This document shows, in pieces, positions 10,439 to 18,486 of a stretch of 64,000 bases of DNA (positions are counted from its first letter, which is position 1; every line of letters begins with the position of its first letter). A program made the position numbers and the translations under genes. The notes under the pieces were generated by a model, which was given only the letters and a program-made list of their open reading frames with translations, made no database searches and had not been told where the DNA came from. This stretch comes from Thermoanaerobaculia bacterium. GTDB taxonomy: Bacteria > Acidobacteriota > Thermoanaerobaculia > Multivoradales > UBA5704. The stretch covers positions 5,204 to 69,203 of the forward strand of contig DASWRX010000371.1 in assembly GCA_036402955.1 (NCBI GenBank), written 5' to 3'.

Positions 10439-11016
10439 GCCGGCTGCGGTCCCTGCTCCTCGAAGAGCTCGGCGAGCGGCAGCTCGAAGCCGGGGAGGAG
10501 CGGCGTGGTCAGGACGTCCCCCGCCGCGGCGGAGAGGAAGGGCTGCGGACGGAGACCTTCGGCCGTCCGTTCCCAGGGCTGGACGCCGCGCCGGGAGTGA
10601 TCGAAGATCCAGTACGTCCGGACTCCGCAACGCTCGTAGGCCCGCAGCTTGATCCTTTCGTCGAGCTTGCGGGTGCTCCGGGAGAGGATCTCGATCACCA
10701 GGTCCGGCGTCCCCTGAATGTTCTTCAACCCGACGATCGCGGCCTGCTGGCGGGAAATGAACAGCAGGTCGGGCTGAACGATGTCGTAGGGGGAGAGGAG
10801 GACGTCGGTAGGCGCGATGAGGAAGGGTCCGAGGCGATTCGCCTTGACGAAGCCTCCCAAGCGGAGCGTGAGCTCGACGACCAGATCCTGATGCGGCACG
10901 AAGGGCGCTGCCGACACGTAGTGCTCTCCATCGATGATCTCGTTGCGCTGTCCGTCCTCGGGGATGAGGATGTAGTCCTCATAGGTCAGCTTGCGGGGGA
11001 GATCGTGGAGAGCCAT
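10435..11016 (-). CDS. Uma2 family (DUF820) endonuclease
   Basis: LTYEDYILIPEDGQRNEIIDGE...PDLVIEILSRST is typical of Uma2 / putative restriction endonuclease proteins. ATG at 11016 follows an AGGAGG ribosome-binding site. The track ORF extends to 11133, but that start is less likely. Confidence 0.7.
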   Translation of the reverse strand: MALHDLPRKLTYEDYILIPEDGQRNEIIDGEHYVSAAPFVPHQDLVVELTLRLGGFVKANRLGPFLIAPTDVLLSPYDIVQPDLLFISRQQAAIVGLKNIQGTPDLVIEILSRSTRKLDERIKLRAYERCGVRTYWIFDHSRRGVQPWERTAEGLRPQPFLSAAAGDVLTTPLLPGFELPLAELFEEQGPQPA

Positions 11017-11140
11017 GGCGAGAACCTCCTGTCGCGGATCATCGTAACACGTCCGCCGGATGAGGTCCGATCGCGAGGTCCCGGGCTGCCGAGATTCCGT
11101 CGCGGCGGAATCTATCACCTCGAAGCGTGCCACGCCAGCC

Positions 11141-12250
11141 TCAGCCGCCCTGCAAGGCCTCCGTGCTGCGGTTCACCACGAGACCGGGCGGCGGCGGCAC
11201 GGGCGTTTGCGCGGGGACGGTCTGCGCGATCCCAACCTTCGCGGCGACGCCGGGCGCGAGGAGCTTCCAGGCGAAACCGCTCCGAGGCATGATCCAGGAG
11301 TCGAAGACGACCTGAAAAAATCCGGGATCATCGATCGTCGTTGTGGGCTGGGGCTCCAACAGGAACGGCTTGAACTGCATCTTCAGACTGGTGGGGTAGG
11401 AGATACTGAGCTCAACGTGCTCGGAAGGATCCATCATCCTCCAAGTGTAGAAGGCCGCCGCTTCCGACGTGTAGGAGGCATTGAAGATCACCTTCAGGCC
11501 GTCGAGATGCCGCCACTTTCCCAGAGAGTATCCGTACGTGACGCTGCCGTCCGCCTCTTCCGTTCTCTCCAGATCTCCGATGTCCAGGAGGGCAATTCGC
11601 TGTTGGCCTCCGCCGTTTTCCGCCGGCGGGAGCAACTCGAGTGAAAGGCTTTCGATCTGGAGCACCTCGAGGCTGTTGGCCTGCCAGGCGACCCTCTCTT
11701 GAATACGGCCCTTCGACTTGCGGCAAACGTAGCTGAGGTGGTCCCGGATCCGCAGCGTTGAAGGGACGGCGACTTCCACGGTGAGGTGATTCTCGACGCC
11801 GTCCCGGTAGGGGGTCACGATATAGCCGTGAATCTTGCTGAGGCAGTACCGGACGAATCCCCTCTCGCTGAGACCCTCGTCTTTATAATAGCTCTTGAAT
11901 ACCTTGATCTGATGTCGCAGGAGCGCCTCGGGGCTGAGATCGTTGAGGTAGTCCTGACCGACGACGATCCCTTCGAGGCGTTCCTCAAAGTATTTTCTCC
12001 AGTGCCCCATCTCGAGCACCAGCGTCAGCATTCCCATGATGAACAAGGACACTCCCGTGGCATCCAACAACTTGAGGCCGAAATATCCGTACGTCATATC
12101 TCGTGGATGGAACTGGTCCTCCAGGATCGCCGCGCCCACGGCCAATAGCACTCCGACAATACAGAGCGCGATCCGCGAAAGCGTGATGAAAACCTTGTTG
12201 ACCTTCTTGGCTTCACTTTCATTCCCCGAGGTCGCTTCTTTCTGGTCCAC
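11141..12250 (-). CDS. Hypothetical membrane protein (two N-terminal TM helices plus ~290-aa soluble domain); lower GC than its surroundings
   Basis: Clean 369-aa ORF. Hydrophobic segments are IALCIVGVLLAVGAAIL and VSLFIMGMLTLVLEM. I recognise no family. The DNA is visibly AT-richer than flanking genes. Confidence 0.55.
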   Translation of the reverse strand: MDQKEATSGNESEAKKVNKVFITLSRIALCIVGVLLAVGAAILEDQFHPRDMTYGYFGLKLLDATGVSLFIMGMLTLVLEMGHWRKYFEERLEGIVVGQDYLNDLSPEALLRHQIKVFKSYYKDEGLSERGFVRYCLSKIHGYIVTPYRDGVENHLTVEVAVPSTLRIRDHLSYVCRKSKGRIQERVAWQANSLEVLQIESLSLELLPPAENGGGQQRIALLDIGDLERTEEADGSVTYGYSLGKWRHLDGLKVIFNASYTSEAAAFYTWRMMDPSEHVELSISYPTSLKMQFKPFLLEPQPTTTIDDPGFFQVVFDSWIMPRSGFAWKLLAPGVAAKVGIAQTVPAQTPVPPPPGLVVNRSTEALQGG

Positions 12251-12436
12251 GTCGAGCTCCTTCCTGGGATGATTTCTAATCTCTCTCTTTTTCCGGGAGA
12301 CGCGGGGAGCGGACCGGGCCCCTTCTCAGCGCCGACGCAGGCAGAGAGGGACGGCTGGCGATGTGAGTTCCCGGAGCCATACAGCCTCTGGGCTTCGGCA
12401 ACCGGGCGGTCTCGGGCGAGACCCTTGGCTTTGCGT

Positions 12437-12463
12437 CCCCGCCTCGCGGCGGGTTTGCCTTTT
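12437..12463 (+). terminator. Intrinsic terminator-like hairpin (CCCCGCC-TCGC-GGCGGG followed by TTTGCCTTTT), plus-strand orientation
   Basis: GC-rich stem-loop followed by a T-tract, read directly from the sequence. No annotated plus-strand gene ends here. Confidence 0.45.
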
Positions 12464-12554
12464 CGAGCCTGTTTCCATGGTGCGCGCCCATCCGCGGGAG
12501 CGTCAAGCCTATGAGCGCATGGGGACGGATCTATGAGGAAGGGTCAGATCCGGC

Positions 12555-12560
12555 TATAAT
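12555..12560 (+). promoter_or_regulatory. Consensus TATAAT -10 hexamer ~60 nt upstream of the DUF362 gene
   Basis: An exact TATAAT is rare in this GC-rich DNA, and it is well placed relative to the 12621 start. The -35 is weak. Confidence 0.35.
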
Positions 12561-12620
12561 GGCTGGCCCCGCCCGCACGGCGCGGCATCCTGAATTCGAA
12601 TCCACCGGAGCACTTCTCAT

Positions 12621-13736
12621 ATGGCCAAAGCGCGTGTAGCCGTCCTCAAGACCCAGCCGGAGAGCGTCCTGGAGGACGTCGGGCGGACGATGGAGATGGC
12701 GGACGTCCGGCGGCACCTCGCCCCGGGCGCCACCACGATCCTCAAGGACAACATCTCCTGGCACTTCCCCTTCCCCGGGGCGAACACCACCCCCTGGCAA
12801 CTCGAGGGGACGATCCGGAAGCTCCGCGCCGACGGCTACGCCGACCAGGTCTGTGTGCAGAACAACACTGTCGTCACCGACCCGAAGAAGGGCGAGCGGC
12901 TCAACCGCTACCTGCCGGTGCTCGACAAGTACGGCGTGCCGGTGCGCTACAACTGCTTCGAGGACGATCTCAAGTGGGTCACCTACAAGCCCAAGGGGAA
13001 GATGCTGGTGCTGCCGGAGATCTACCCCGAGGGGATCACCATCCCCGAGTTCTTCCTCGGCAAGAACATCGTCCACCTGCCGACGGTGAAGTGCCACATC
13101 TACACCACCACGACCGGGGCGATGAAGAACGCTTTCGGCGGGCTCCTCAACACCCGCCGGCACTACACCCACTCGTTCATCCACCAGACGCTGGTCGACC
13201 TGCTGACGATCCAGAAGGAGATCCACTCGGGGCTGTTCGCGGTGATGGACGGCACGACCTGCGGCAACGGCCCGGGGCCGCGGACGATGATCCCGGTCGA
13301 GAAGGACGTCCTCCTCGCCTCGGGAGACCAGGTGGCGATCGACGCCGTGGCGGCCAAGATGATGGGCTTCGACCCGATGTCGATCCCTTACATCCGGCTG
13401 GCGCACGACACGGGCCTGGGAGTGGGCGATCCACGGGACATCGAGATCGTGGGCGAGGACGTCTCGAAGTGGAACTTCCACTTCTCGGTGGGGGACAACG
13501 CGGTCTCCCGCTTCGGCGACCTGGTCTGGTTCGGCCCCCTGAAGGGTCTCCAGAAGCTGTTCTTCCGCACGCCGCTGGTCTACTTCTTCGTGTTCGGCTC
13601 GTACTTCTACCACGACTTCGCGTGGTACCCGACGGTGGGCAAGCGCCGCACCGAGCAGTACGCCAGGACCAGCAAGTGGATGCGCCTCTTCGAGCAGTAT
13701 CCCGAGGCCGTCCAGGAAGCCGAGAAGGCGGCCTGA
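12621..13736 (+). CDS. DUF362 domain-containing protein
   Basis: TILKDNISWHFPFPG..., VKCHIYTTTTGAMKNAFGGLLN, DGTTCGNGPGPRT and ASGDQVAIDAVAAKMMGF match the DUF362 fold family. Confidence 0.8.
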   Translation: MAKARVAVLKTQPESVLEDVGRTMEMADVRRHLAPGATTILKDNISWHFPFPGANTTPWQLEGTIRKLRADGYADQVCVQNNTVVTDPKKGERLNRYLPVLDKYGVPVRYNCFEDDLKWVTYKPKGKMLVLPEIYPEGITIPEFFLGKNIVHLPTVKCHIYTTTTGAMKNAFGGLLNTRRHYTHSFIHQTLVDLLTIQKEIHSGLFAVMDGTTCGNGPGPRTMIPVEKDVLLASGDQVAIDAVAAKMMGFDPMSIPYIRLAHDTGLGVGDPRDIEIVGEDVSKWNFHFSVGDNAVSRFGDLVWFGPLKGLQKLFFRTPLVYFFVFGSYFYHDFAWYPTVGKRRTEQYARTSKWMRLFEQYPEAVQEAEKAA

Positions 13737-13861
13737 GCTCCACCACTCTCCCTTCCGAAGCGCCCACGCCAGACTTCGAGACCCTTTCCACCGCGCCGGC
13801 GGACGCCGGATCGCAGGACGGGAGGGGCTCGGGGCTGGAGGGCTTAAGCCGGCGGCTGGCC

Positions 13862-14782
13862 GTGCCGCTGGTCCTCGGGGTTCTGGTGGTCGTGGGGCTC
13901 GCCCTGGCCGCGGATCCGCGGGCGCTCGCCCGCAGCCTGCGGGATTTCGACCTCCGGCTCCTGGTCCCCGTCCTGGCGCTCTCCGTCTTCAACTACGCGC
14001 TGCGCTATCTGCGCTGGGAGATCTACCTGCGGCGGACCGGCGCGACCCTCTCCCGGGGACGGAGCCTCGCGGTCTTCCTGGTCGGCTTCCTGCTGGGGGT
14101 GACCCCAGGCAAGGCGGGCGAGCTGGGCAAGGCGTGGCTGGTGCGCGAGCTGGGCGGCGGGCGGGCGCTGCGGGTGGTCTCCGTGGTGCTGGCGGAGCGG
14201 GTGACCGACGTCCTGGGCACGGTGGTGCTGGTGGCGCTGGGCGCCCTGCCGCTCCCGGGCGGGCCGTGGATCGCCGCCGCCGGCCTCGCCACGGTCGCCG
14301 CCGCCGTGATCCTCCTCACCTGGCGCCGCGGCGCCCACCGGATCTTCGCCGTCCTGCGGCGGATGCCCGTCCTGGGCTCGCGCGTGCCGCACCTGGAAGA
14401 GATGTACGACCGTCTGCGGGAGCTCCTCTCGCCGGGCCTCGCGGTGATGGCGACGATGCTGGCGACGGTGGCCTGGGCGGCGGAGGGGCTGGGCTTCTGG
14501 CTGGTGGTCCGCAACTACGCGCCGAAGGCGGACCTGCTCGTCTCGGTCTTCAACTACACGGCGGCGAACGTCCTCGGTGGGCTCTCGATGCTCCCCGGCG
14601 GCCTGGGAGCGGCCGAGGGATCGCTCGCGGCCCTCCTCCACGAACAGGGGCTCGCGACGGCGGACGCCGGCTCGATCACCCTGGTCATCCGCGCCGCCAC
14701 CCTCTGGTTCTCGGTCCTCTTCGGCGTCGCCGTCCTCCCCTTCGTCGCCCGCCGGCTGGCCGCCCGCCGCGAGCGGCGGTGA
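13862..14782 (+). CDS. Flippase-like / lysylphosphatidylglycerol-synthase TM-region family (UPF0104) membrane protein
   Basis: Multi-pass membrane protein (LRYLRWEIYLRRTG, GFLLGVTPGKAGELGKAWL) in a different frame from DUF362. Start assigned to the first in-frame GTG after the DUF362 stop. Start uncertain; an upstream CTG is possible. Confidence 0.6.
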   Translation: MPLVLGVLVVVGLALAADPRALARSLRDFDLRLLVPVLALSVFNYALRYLRWEIYLRRTGATLSRGRSLAVFLVGFLLGVTPGKAGELGKAWLVRELGGGRALRVVSVVLAERVTDVLGTVVLVALGALPLPGGPWIAAAGLATVAAAVILLTWRRGAHRIFAVLRRMPVLGSRVPHLEEMYDRLRELLSPGLAVMATMLATVAWAAEGLGFWLVVRNYAPKADLLVSVFNYTAANVLGGLSMLPGGLGAAEGSLAALLHEQGLATADAGSITLVIRAATLWFSVLFGVAVLPFVARRLAARRERR

Positions 14783-14792
14783 CGGCGGCGAC

Positions 14793-15425
14793 CTACGCCA
14801 GCTTCTGGCCGCAGTCGGGGCAGAACCGGGGGCTGCCCTCGATCTCGGCGTTGCAGCCTCCGCAGTGCTTCTTCTGCGCCGTCGGGGTGCCGCACTCGGG
14901 GCAGAATCTGGCGCCACCGGTCTTGGCGCCGCAGGACTTGCAGACGGCGCCGGTGACCTGGCCGAGATCGCGGTCCTTGACCCAGTCGATCTCCTGGGCC
15001 TTCGAGAAGACCTGGGCCTTCGCGGCCTCGGCCTGCGCGGAGGCGATCTCCTCGTCGAGGTCCGGAGCGCACCACTCGCAGAGGCCCGCCTTGGCGTTGA
15101 AGCAGACCGGCCCGCAGACCCAGCGACCGCAGCGCGTGCACTGCTTGAACAGGGGGCGGATCTCCGCCGTCGCCTCCTTCAGCGCGGCGTCGTGGGCCGG
15201 TCCGCCCACCGCGCGCTGGATCTGGTAGGCGGTGTCCGAGACCCTGCCGAAGAGCCCGCCGAAGAGGCTGCTGGCGACCTCGGCGGCCGAGGCGGCCATG
15301 CCCATCTTCGAGCTCTTGAAGGTCGACATGTAGCCGTTGTTACACTTCTCGCAATAGAACTTGAACTGATAGCCGCGGTCGGTGGAAAGATCGTCGTAAT
15401 TGCCCGTGAACTCGACTGTTCCCAT
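14793..15425 (-). CDS. Multi-zinc-ribbon protein (C-terminal double zinc ribbon; additional N-terminal CxxC clusters)
   Basis: Cys pairs CEKCNN, CTRCGRWVCGPVCF...CEWC, CKSCG-x9-CPECG and CGGCN-x10-CPDCG. ATG at 15425 follows GGAGAAGGA. It lies 66 bp downstream of the SIR2 gene on the same strand. Confidence 0.65.
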   Translation of the reverse strand: MGTVEFTGNYDDLSTDRGYQFKFYCEKCNNGYMSTFKSSKMGMAASAAEVASSLFGGLFGRVSDTAYQIQRAVGGPAHDAALKEATAEIRPLFKQCTRCGRWVCGPVCFNAKAGLCEWCAPDLDEEIASAQAEAAKAQVFSKAQEIDWVKDRDLGQVTGAVCKSCGAKTGGARFCPECGTPTAQKKHCGGCNAEIEGSPRFCPDCGQKLA

Positions 15426-15491
15426 GGGTGCGTCCTTCTCCACTGGTCTCGATCGGTTGGCCCGGAATGGTAGCACGGGCCCGCGGCGAGA

Positions 15492-16631
15492 TCACCCGGC
15501 CGAGATCCGCTCGAGCAGGGCGGGGATGTCGTCGTAGCTCTCGACCCAGATGGTCTTGACGCCCATGGCCTCGAAGAGGTTGCGGTCGTAGCTGTCGGCC
15601 TGCTCGAGAACGGAGAGGACCGCTTCCTGGAGCTCCGGAATCTGCTCGGCGGGTCCCAGCTCCATCTCCCTGCGGAACCGCCGCGCCCGGTCCCGGATGT
15701 CGCGCCGGACGGTCCGCATCTCGGTCCGCGAGATCTTGTGCCGCATCTGGACCTGCCAGTGGGCGGGGATGTCGCCGAAGACGTAGCTCGCGTCGAGCAG
15801 CCGCCGCAGGTTGGGGTCGAGCATCGACAGGCCGATGAAGAGGACGGTGTTGTGGCGCAGGTAGTGGACGACGGCGGTCAGCGCCCAGTGGAAGACGGTC
15901 GCCGTCAGGCCGTGGTAGTCGTCCTCGGTGAACACCAGCCGGCACTCGCTGGAGTCACCTTCCTGCGGCAGGAAACCGTGGGGATGGAGGATGGGGAGGG
16001 CCTTGGAGCGGCTCCGCCGGGCGCTCCACACCGGCCGGAAGTCGAAGCTCCCCGCGAGCTTGCGCTCCAGCAGGTCGTCGTAGTTGAAGGAGACGACCGC
16101 GGAGATCCCGGAGCCGTCGCCGGACCGCTTGATGAAGTCGGCCACGGCGGTGAGGGTGGTCGGCTCGTGGGGGACCGGCGGCTCCTTGGGATAGAGGTGC
16201 TCGCGGACTTTCTCGAGAAACAGGGCATGGGCGTCGTTCTGGCTCCCGGAGCTCCGGCTCGCCCGGCGGCGGATCTCGTTCTTGACCACGCGGGCGAGGA
16301 TGATCGGGTCATAGTCGTAATAGTCCACCAGCCAGGCGGCGAGGGCGCGCCGGAAAGGGAGGTCGACGGGTTCCAACCGGCGGGCCACGTCCGTCTGATC
16401 GAAGAGGATCTCGAGGACCAGATCCTTCCAGGTGGGGATGCCGTACGGCTTCGAGACCCCGGCTCCCAGGAAGAGAACGAGGTCCTTCTCGGCCCAAGCG
16501 CGCCGCAGCCCGTCGAGATCGCTGCGGTTGACGAGGCTGCGGCCGACCTCCCGCTTCTCGCGCCGTTTCCTTGGGGCCCGCGCTTCGCTCACGTTCCGTC
16601 TCCGTGCCGGATCTGTGCCAGAGTACCCCAT
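15492..16631 (-). CDS. SIR2-like (SIR2_2/ThsA-like) NAD+-binding domain protein, stand-alone with no SLOG or other fused domain
   Basis: LVLFLGAGVSKPYGIPTWKDL, SFNYDDLLE, ILHPHGF, LFIGLSMLDPNLRRLL and KTIWVESYDDIPALLERI align closely with the SIR2 domain of Thoeris ThsA. The protein ends where ThsA's SLOG domain would begin. The N-terminal ~40 aa are basic and may be over-called; an alternative GTG lies at 16595. Confidence 0.8.
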   Translation of the reverse strand: MGYSGTDPARRRNVSEARAPRKRREKREVGRSLVNRSDLDGLRRAWAEKDLVLFLGAGVSKPYGIPTWKDLVLEILFDQTDVARRLEPVDLPFRRALAAWLVDYYDYDPIILARVVKNEIRRRASRSSGSQNDAHALFLEKVREHLYPKEPPVPHEPTTLTAVADFIKRSGDGSGISAVVSFNYDDLLERKLAGSFDFRPVWSARRSRSKALPILHPHGFLPQEGDSSECRLVFTEDDYHGLTATVFHWALTAVVHYLRHNTVLFIGLSMLDPNLRRLLDASYVFGDIPAHWQVQMRHKISRTEMRTVRRDIRDRARRFRREMELGPAEQIPELQEAVLSVLEQADSYDRNLFEAMGVKTIWVESYDDIPALLERISAG

Positions 16632-16633
16632 CC

Positions 16634-18436
16634 ATGATCTCCCCGCGCCGCCCGGGCCGTCCGCTCCTGCTCGCCATCCTGGCGCTGGCGCTCGCCCTCC
16701 GTCTGGCCCATCTCTGGGCGGTGCGCGACCAGCCGTTCGTCTCGTGGCTGGCGATGGACAGCCAGGAGTACGACCGCTGGGCCGTGGGGATCGCGGCGGG
16801 CGACTGGCTGGGCTCGCGGGTCTTCTTCCAGGCGCCGCTCTACCCCTATTTGCTGGCCGCCGTCTACGCCGTCCTGGGCCATCGGCTCGCCCTCGTCTAC
16901 CTGCTCCAGATCCTCCTCGCGGTGGCCGGCTGCTGGGCGCTCTACCGCGCCGGCCGGGAGATGGATGGCGAGCGGACGGGGCTCGCGGCGGCGCTCCTCG
17001 CCGCCATCTACGGGCCTTTCCTGTTCTACGACGTGCAGCTCCTCAAGGAGTCGCTCGCCGTCACGGTCACCGGCTTTCTGCTGTGGACGCTGACGCTGGC
17101 CCAGGCCCGCTCGCCGCGATCGCGGAGGGGTCTCGGGGCATGGCTCGGCACCGGCCTGCTCCTCGGCGTCCTGGCGCTCCTGCGCGAGAACGCGCTGCTC
17201 CTGGTCCCCTTCCTCCTTCCTCTCGCCTGGAACCGCGAAGACCGCTGGGGAGGGCTCGCCCGGCGGGGAGGCGCCCTGGTGGCGGGGCTCGTCCTCGCGC
17301 TGCTGCCGGTGGCGATCCGCAACGGAGTCGTCGGCGGCGATTTCCTGCCGACGAGCTCTCAGGGCGGGGTCAACTTCTATATCGGCAACAACCCGGGGGC
17401 CGACGGCACCTACCAGCCGATCGTCCCCGGCAAGCAGATCCCGGAGCTGGAGCGGAAAGAGCCGGCGCGGGTCGCCGAGCAGGCGCTGGGAAGGCCGCTC
17501 TCGGCCGGCGAGGTCTCGCGCTACTGGCTGGACCGGGCGCTGGGCTGGGCGCGGGCGCACCCGGGGAATTTCCTGCGGCTGCAGCTCCGCAAGCTGCGGA
17601 TGTTCTGGAGCTGGTACGAGTGGCCGGACGCGGTGGACTACTACTACGTGAAGACCCTGTCGCCGGTCCTCCGCCTGCCGCTGCTCGAGTTCGGCGGCGC
17701 GGCGATGCTGGCCGTCGCCGGGCTCTTCATCGCCCGCCGGCGCCTCGAAAACTTTGCTCCGACCCTGCTCTTCGCCCTCGGCTGGATGGCCTCGACGGTG
17801 ATCTTCTTCCTGTTCTCGCGGTATCGCCTGCCCGCCGTGCCGGCCTTCCTGCTGCTCGGCGGCGCGGCGCTGGCGGAGATCCCGGAGGTCTGGCGGACCC
17901 GTAGGAAGGTCGCGTTGGGGCTGGCCGGGCTCTGCGCCGTGGCCCTCCTGCTGCCCCGCGCCGCCGGCTTCGAGCCGCGGATGGACCTGGTCCACTACAA
18001 CCTCGGCCGGCTCGCCGAGGAGAGGGGGCTTCCCGAGGAGGCCCGCGAGCATTACCAGGCCGCCTTGGCGCTCAATCCGCGGGACTTCCTCGCCGCCCTC
18101 AACCTGGGGAACCTCGCCGCCCGCCGGCGGGAATGGGCCACGGCGCTCGGCTTCTACGAGCGGGCGGCGGCCATCGAGCCCCGGTCGGACGACGCCCAGA
18201 GCAACCTGGGGGGCGTCTATCTCGCGACCCGGGACTTCGCACGGGCCGAGGAGCACCTCGACCGCGCCCTCGCCCTCAATCCCAGGAATCTTCCGGCGCT
18301 CCAGAACGAGACCCTGCTCCACGCCCGGCGCGGGGACTTCGCCGGCGCCCGCGAGCTCAACCGGCGGGCCCTGGCGATCGAGCCGGGAAACCCCGCGGCG
18401 CTGCGGCTCCAGGAACGGCTGAAGGCTGTTCCGTAG
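16634..18436 (+). CDS. Glycosyltransferase family 39-like (ArnT/PMT-type) membrane protein with C-terminal TPR repeats
   Basis: N-terminal multi-TM region with a DQPF...SQEYDRWA-like motif; C-terminal TPR block (ALALNPRD, YERAAAIEP, ALALNPRN). Start taken at the MISPRRP ATG, codon 22 of the track ORF. Confidence 0.7.
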   Translation: MISPRRPGRPLLLAILALALALRLAHLWAVRDQPFVSWLAMDSQEYDRWAVGIAAGDWLGSRVFFQAPLYPYLLAAVYAVLGHRLALVYLLQILLAVAGCWALYRAGREMDGERTGLAAALLAAIYGPFLFYDVQLLKESLAVTVTGFLLWTLTLAQARSPRSRRGLGAWLGTGLLLGVLALLRENALLLVPFLLPLAWNREDRWGGLARRGGALVAGLVLALLPVAIRNGVVGGDFLPTSSQGGVNFYIGNNPGADGTYQPIVPGKQIPELERKEPARVAEQALGRPLSAGEVSRYWLDRALGWARAHPGNFLRLQLRKLRMFWSWYEWPDAVDYYYVKTLSPVLRLPLLEFGGAAMLAVAGLFIARRRLENFAPTLLFALGWMASTVIFFLFSRYRLPAVPAFLLLGGAALAEIPEVWRTRRKVALGLAGLCAVALLLPRAAGFEPRMDLVHYNLGRLAEERGLPEEAREHYQAALALNPRDFLAALNLGNLAARRREWATALGFYERAAAIEPRSDDAQSNLGGVYLATRDFARAEEHLDRALALNPRNLPALQNETLLHARRGDFAGARELNRRALAIEPGNPAALRLQERLKAVP

Positions 18437-18486
18437 GGTGCGCTGCGCGCACCGTCCCGCGAAGGCGCGCACAGCGCGCCCTACGG
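18431..18486. terminator. Bidirectional hairpin between convergent genes (arms CCGTAGGGTGCGCTGCGCGCAC / GCGCGCACAGCGCGCCCTACGG)
   Basis: A ~20-bp imperfect inverted repeat. Each arm contains the stop codon of one of the two convergent glycosyltransferase genes. Confidence 0.45.

Noticed and set aside
8509-11292. 927-aa plus-strand ORF spanning the aminotransferase through the Uma2 region
   Set aside because: Alternate-frame artefact. It crosses three independently recognisable genes on both strands and has no family signal.
12269-12514. 81-aa ORF in the intergenic region
   Set aside because: It reads straight through an intrinsic terminator hairpin and its composition is low-complexity, so the region is more likely non-coding or an sRNA.
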